Source: Escherichia coli
Lineage (GTDB): Bacteria; Pseudomonadota; Gammaproteobacteria; Enterobacterales; Enterobacteriaceae
DNA length: 64,000 nucleotides
Assembly (NCBI RefSeq): GCF_013122565.1
Contig: NZ_CP053258.1
Direction: 5' to 3' (one strand)
Position numbers and translations under genes: made by a program. The stretch's first letter is position 1. Every line of letters begins with the position of its first letter. Of this stretch, positions 59,828-64,000 are shown one piece after another. The notes below the pieces were generated by a model. It was not told the DNA's origin and searched no databases. It saw nothing but the letters and a program-made list of their open reading frames with translations.

Positions 59828-61198
59828 ATGGCTCGTTCTTTTAAAGTCTTATCGCCAACGGCAATCCTCGGGTATGGATTCCCGGAAGAGAGCTTCCGCA
59901 AAGCGATGGCAGAATCGCCCGATCTGATCGCCGTTGATGCCGGCTCTTCCGATCCAGGCCCCCACTACCTCGGGGCAGGCAAACCGTTTACCGATCGCGC
60001 AGGGGTCAAGCGCGATCTGCGCTATATGATCACCGCAGGCGTGCAAAATAATATACCGGTGGTGATCGGAACGGCTGGCGGTTCTGGTGCCGCACCACAC
60101 CTGGAGTGGTGCCGAGAAATAATTCATGAGATTGCCCGGGAAGAGCACCTCTCGTTCTCGATGGCGTTGATCCCGGCAGACGTTGACAAAGCCATCGTCC
60201 ACCAGGCGCTGGATAACGGCAAAATCACGGCGCTGGATTTTGTCCCGCCGTTAACCCACGACGCGATTGACGAAAGTACGTATATCGTTGCGCAAATGGG
60301 CATCGAACCCTTCCAGCGGGCTCTGAAAGAAGGCGCGCAAGTGGTGCTGGGCGGGCGCGCTTACGACCCGGCCTGCTTTGCTGCGCTCCCGATCATGCAA
60401 GGCTTTGATGAAGGTCTGGCGCTGCATTGTGGGAAAATCCTTGAGTGCGCAGCAATCGCCGCAACGCCCGGCTCAGGCTCTGACTGTGCGATGGGCATCA
60501 TTGATGACAACGGCTTTACGCTGAAGACATTTAATCCGAAGCGTAAATTTACCGAAACGTCAGCAGCTGCACACACACTGTATGAAAAATCCGATCCCTA
60601 CTTCCTGCCAGGACCTGGCGGCGTGTTGAACCTGAAAGGCTGCACATTTAAAGCAGTCAATGACGGCGAAGTCTACGTCAGCGGTTCTAAGCATGAAGAA
60701 ACGCCGTATGCCCTGAAACTGGAAGGTGCACGACGGGTGGGCTTCCGCTGTCTGACCATCGCCGGAACGCGCGACCCGATCATGATCGCCGGGATCGATA
60801 AAATCATCGATGAAGTCAAAATCAGCGTTTCGCGTAACCTGTCGCTTGACGATGACAGCATTCGCATCAATTTCCACCTGTACGGCAAAAACGGGGTGAT
60901 GGGCGACCATGAACCGATGCAAACTACCGGGCATGAGCTGGGGATTGTCCTTGATGTAGTTGCACCGACCCAGGAAATTGCCAACAGCGTTTGCTCGCTG
61001 GTGCGCTCTACCATGCTGCACTACGGCTATGAAAACCGCATCGCTACCGCAGGCAACCTGGCGTTCCCGTTCTCCCCTTCTGATATCCAGGGCGGGCCGG
61101 TATACGAATTTTCCATATATCACCTGATTGAAGCCAACGACGCTCTGCGTTTTGATTTCCATATTGAACAGGTGACGCCAGAAGGAGTTCAGGTATGA
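59828..61198 (+). CDS. DUF1446 (AtuA-like) family protein, function unknown
   Basis: 456-aa ORF; family assignment from memory of conserved N-terminal region; unverified. Confidence 0.55.
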   Translation: MARSFKVLSPTAILGYGFPEESFRKAMAESPDLIAVDAGSSDPGPHYLGAGKPFTDRAGVKRDLRYMITAGVQNNIPVVIGTAGGSGAAPHLEWCREIIHEIAREEHLSFSMALIPADVDKAIVHQALDNGKITALDFVPPLTHDAIDESTYIVAQMGIEPFQRALKEGAQVVLGGRAYDPACFAALPIMQGFDEGLALHCGKILECAAIAATPGSGSDCAMGIIDDNGFTLKTFNPKRKFTETSAAAHTLYEKSDPYFLPGPGGVLNLKGCTFKAVNDGEVYVSGSKHEETPYALKLEGARRVGFRCLTIAGTRDPIMIAGIDKIIDEVKISVSRNLSLDDDSIRINFHLYGKNGVMGDHEPMQTTGHELGIVLDVVAPTQEIANSVCSLVRSTMLHYGYENRIATAGNLAFPFSPSDIQGGPVYEFSIYHLIEANDALRFDFHIEQVTPEGVQV

Positions 61199-61512
61199 AA
61201 CAGTCAATTGTCTCACTGGCGCAAGTCATTCGTTCGAAAAATGCCGGTCCTTACGAACTGGTTTTAGATATTTTATTTAAAACGAAAGAAAACTATGAGC
61301 GAGTTAAATCATCAGGGCAATTAACCCCAGAACTGATTGCGCGCTTATATCATGTTGAACCTGACTTTATTCATCGTATTGTCTGGTTTGATCCTTCTAA
61401 CGCAGTAAAAATCGTCATGCCACGAGATATTATCTCCGGGAATGTAGGTGACAATGATGTCTATGGTGCACAGCAACATGCACCTTTATTAAATATGAGT
61501 TTCGATTTGTAA
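61195..61512 (+). CDS. Small protein (105 aa), likely DUF4387 partner of the DUF1446 protein
   Basis: Start overlaps the upstream stop by 4 nt (ATGA), which is direct evidence of tight gene coupling; family name from memory. Confidence 0.5.
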   Translation: MKQSIVSLAQVIRSKNAGPYELVLDILFKTKENYERVKSSGQLTPELIARLYHVEPDFIHRIVWFDPSNAVKIVMPRDIISGNVGDNDVYGAQQHAPLLNMSFDL

Positions 61513-61672
61513 AAATCCGAACACTTTTAGCCAACTGACATCCCATCACTTATTGCAGTTCAACACTTCAGCTATTTGTAAGGTTGTAATAGCAGGTAGA
61601 TGCCTGAGTCTCTATTCAGGCATCTACTTCTCCTGATTCTGATTTATCGCCGTGCACCTGATGGAGGAAAAA

Positions 61673-62953
61673 ATGAAGAAAATAAGTTTAACCACGATGA
61701 TTCTTTTGGCGCTGGTACTTGGAATGATTATCGGCGTAGTGCTCAATAACACTGCTTCACCGGAAACCGCAAAACTCTATGCGCAAGAAATATCGATATT
61801 CACGACGATTTTCTTACGACTGATAAAAATGATTATCGCTCCGTTAGTGGTCTCTACCCTGGTGGTAGGTATAGCTAAAATGGGCGATGCCAAAGCCCTT
61901 GGTCGTATTTTTTCTAAAACACTTTTTTTATTTATTTGCGCCTCATTGCTGTCAATTGCCTTAGGCTTGATAACAGTAAATTTCTTCATGCCAGGCACAG
62001 GAATTAATTTTGTTGCACACGGAGCCGAAACCACCGGAGTGGTCGCGTCAGAACCCTTTACGCTAAAAGTATTTATTTCGCATGCTTTCCCCACCAGCAT
62101 TGTCGATGCCATGGCGCACAATGAAATTTTGCAAATCGTGGTGTTCTCAATTTTCCTCGGCTGTAGCCTGACGGCGATTGGCGAGAAAGGCAGCGCCATC
62201 GTTCACGCCTTAGATTCGCTGGCACATGCCATGTTAAAGCTCACTGGCTACGTCATGCTCTTCGCTCCCCTGACCGTATTCGCCGCTATTTCAGCATTGA
62301 TTGCTGAACGAGGACTGGCAGTTATGGTGAGCGCCGGGATCTTTATGGGTGAATTTTATTTCACCATGTTGTTACTTTGGGTACTGCTTATCGGTCTGGC
62401 CATCGTTTATGTCGGCCCCTGCATCAGACGCCTGACCCGCGCCCTTTCGGAACCCGCCCTGCTGGCATTTACCACATCCAGTTCTGAAGCGGCTTTTCCG
62501 GGAACGCTTGAAAAACTGGAGCAATTTGGCGTTTCCCCCAAAATTGCCAGCTTTGTCTTACCCATTGGCTACTCATTTAATCTCGTTGGATCAATGGCCT
62601 ACTGCTCCTTCGCCACAGTTTTCATCGCCCAGGCCTGCAATATCCATTTATCCATCGGTGAGCAAATCACCATGCTGTTGATCCTGATGTTGACCTCGAA
62701 AGGAATGGCTGGCGTACCACGCGCCTCAATGGTGGTTATCGCCGCCACGCTCAACCAGTTCAATATTCCGGAAGCAGGGCTGATCTTGCTGATGGGCGTT
62801 GATCCGTTCCTTGATATGGGGCGTTCCGCGACAAACGTCATGAGCAACGCAATGGGCGCTGCGATGGTGAGTCGGTGGGAAGGCGAACATTTCGGCGAGG
62901 GCTGTCGGGGTAAAGCATTAAAACCCAATGAATCGAACGTTGCTCTGCCCTGA
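61673..62953 (+). CDS. Dicarboxylate/amino acid:cation symporter (DAACS, GltP-like), probably glutamate/aspartate uptake
   Basis: ORF 61652..62953; start chosen at ATG 61673 with GGAGG RBS; polytopic membrane protein with GltP-family character. Confidence 0.8.
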   Translation: MKKISLTTMILLALVLGMIIGVVLNNTASPETAKLYAQEISIFTTIFLRLIKMIIAPLVVSTLVVGIAKMGDAKALGRIFSKTLFLFICASLLSIALGLITVNFFMPGTGINFVAHGAETTGVVASEPFTLKVFISHAFPTSIVDAMAHNEILQIVVFSIFLGCSLTAIGEKGSAIVHALDSLAHAMLKLTGYVMLFAPLTVFAAISALIAERGLAVMVSAGIFMGEFYFTMLLLWVLLIGLAIVYVGPCIRRLTRALSEPALLAFTTSSSEAAFPGTLEKLEQFGVSPKIASFVLPIGYSFNLVGSMAYCSFATVFIAQACNIHLSIGEQITMLLILMLTSKGMAGVPRASMVVIAATLNQFNIPEAGLILLMGVDPFLDMGRSATNVMSNAMGAAMVSRWEGEHFGEGCRGKALKPNESNVALP

Positions 62954-63060
62954 GGGGGATCTTAAGCAATCAGAAGCCAATGACTACGCATTTTTATAAG
63001 CCGGATCATGAAGTTAGACGGCAATTAAGTAACACTAACGTTTAAGGTGAAAAGTGAAAT

Positions 63061-64000
63061 ATGTCCAAACCATTTATCTGGCAAGAACCGTTTCTACAAA
63101 ATAAAGACGGTACAGAATATACATTAATTAGCGATCAACATATTACAGTAACGGAATTAGACGGCGAAGAAGTGATAAAAATCGCTCCTGAAGCATTAAC
63201 GCTGCTTGCCCGGCAGGCATTTTATGAAGCCTCTTTTTTCTTACGTTCCGCTCATTTGCAACAGGTCGCCAGCATTCTTAACGATCCGCAGGCCAGTAGT
63301 AATGATAAATACGTTGCGTTGCAGTTATTACGTAATGCTGAAGTCTCAGCAAAAGGGGTATTACCCAACTGTCAGGATACCGGCACCGCAACTATTGTTG
63401 CCAGGAAAGGGCAACAGATATGGACCGGAGGTAACGACGCTGAAGCCTTAAGCAAAGGCATTTACACCACTTTCCAGGAAAATAATCTGCGCTTTTCACA
63501 AAATGCGCCGCTGGATATGTATACCGAAGTCAATACGCAAACCAATCTCCCGGCGCAGATTGATATCAGCGCCGTCGCTGGTGATGAGTACCATTTTCTC
63601 TGTGTTAATAAAGGGGGCGGCTCCGCCAATAAAGCCACGCTTTATCAGGAAACCAAATCCTTATTGCAACCAGAAAAACTGACCGCATTTTTAATCGAAA
63701 AAATGAAATCGCTGGGCACCGCTGCCTGCCCGCCTTACCACATCGCCTTTGTCGTCGGAGGGCTTTCAGCCGATCAAACCTTAAAAGTTGCCAAGCTGGC
63801 TTCTACGAAATATTACGACAATTTGCCCACCAGCGGAAACGAGCAGGGACAAGCATTCCGTGATATTGAGCTGGAAAAAGTGATGCTCGAGGCCAGTCAG
63901 CAATTTGGTATTGGTGCGCAATTTGGGGGTAAATATTTCGCTCATGATATTCGCGTCATTCGTCTGCCGCGTCACGGTGGCTCCTGCCCGATAGCTATGG
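63061..64000 (+). CDS. fumD: Class I fumarate hydratase paralog (FumA/FumB-like; mesaconase/fumarase FumD-type), 3' end beyond window
   Basis: Hand translation from ATG 63061, open to the window end: [23 protein letters not shown]...CQDTGTA...GGGSANKA...[12 protein letters not shown], collinear with FumA; not in ORF track because truncated. Confidence 0.8.
   Translation, partial: MSKPFIWQEPFLQNKDGTEYTLISDQHITVTELDGEEVIKIAPEALTLLARQAFYEASFFLRSAHLQQVASILNDPQASSNDKYVALQLLRNAEVSAKGVLPNCQDTGTATIVARKGQQIWTGGNDAEALSKGIYTTFQENNLRFSQNAPLDMYTEVNTQTNLPAQIDISAVAGDEYHFLCVNKGGGSANKATLYQETKSLLQPEKLTAFLIEKMKSLGTAACPPYHIAFVVGGLSADQTLKVAKLASTKYYDNLPTSGNEQGQAFRDIELEKVMLEASQQFGIGAQFGGKYFAHDIRVIRLPRHGGSCPIAM

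Noticed and set aside
60560-61216. 218-aa minus-strand ORF
   Set aside because: Antisense to the DUF1446 gene and its overlapping partner; the plus-strand frames are longer and operon-consistent.

Overview
The window reads as an Escherichia coli chromosomal segment, in reverse orientation relative to the K-12 map, with a conserved core flanked by two AT-rich accessory segments. Core gene order (recognised from the translated ORFs): ybhL, moaEDCBA, ybhK, uvrB, bioDCFB/bioA, ybhB, ybhC, ybhJ-ybhI-ybhH, ybhD, pgl, ybhA, modCBA, acrZ, modE-modF, galETKM, gpmA, aroG, ybgS, zitB, pnuC-nadA, a seven-gene Lys/Val tRNA operon, cpoB-pal-tolB-tolA-tolR-tolQ-ybgC, ybgE-cydX-cydB-cydA. Left accessory segment (1-3729): three further tandem BI-1-family membrane-protein paralogs next to ybhL, then three very AT-rich ORFs of unknown function, one truncated by the window edge and absent from the ORF track. 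Right accessory segment (about 52.5-64 kb): an AT-rich region with two unrecognised ORFs (314 and 140 aa), then a complete glutamate mutase / methylaspartate ammonia-lyase / class I fumarase (mesaconase-like) cluster with a DUF1446-DUF4387 gene pair and a glutamate-type symporter. That cluster matches the methylaspartate (mesaconate) pathway described for E. coli O157:H7, so it is not new; the unassigned genes inside and beside it, and the left-edge ORFs, are the most plausible places for undescribed biology. No CRISPR array, rRNA, integrase or transposase was seen, and the lambda attB core between ybhB and ybhC is intact. All coordinates and calls come from reading the sequence and from recollection of E. 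coli genes; no database search was run.
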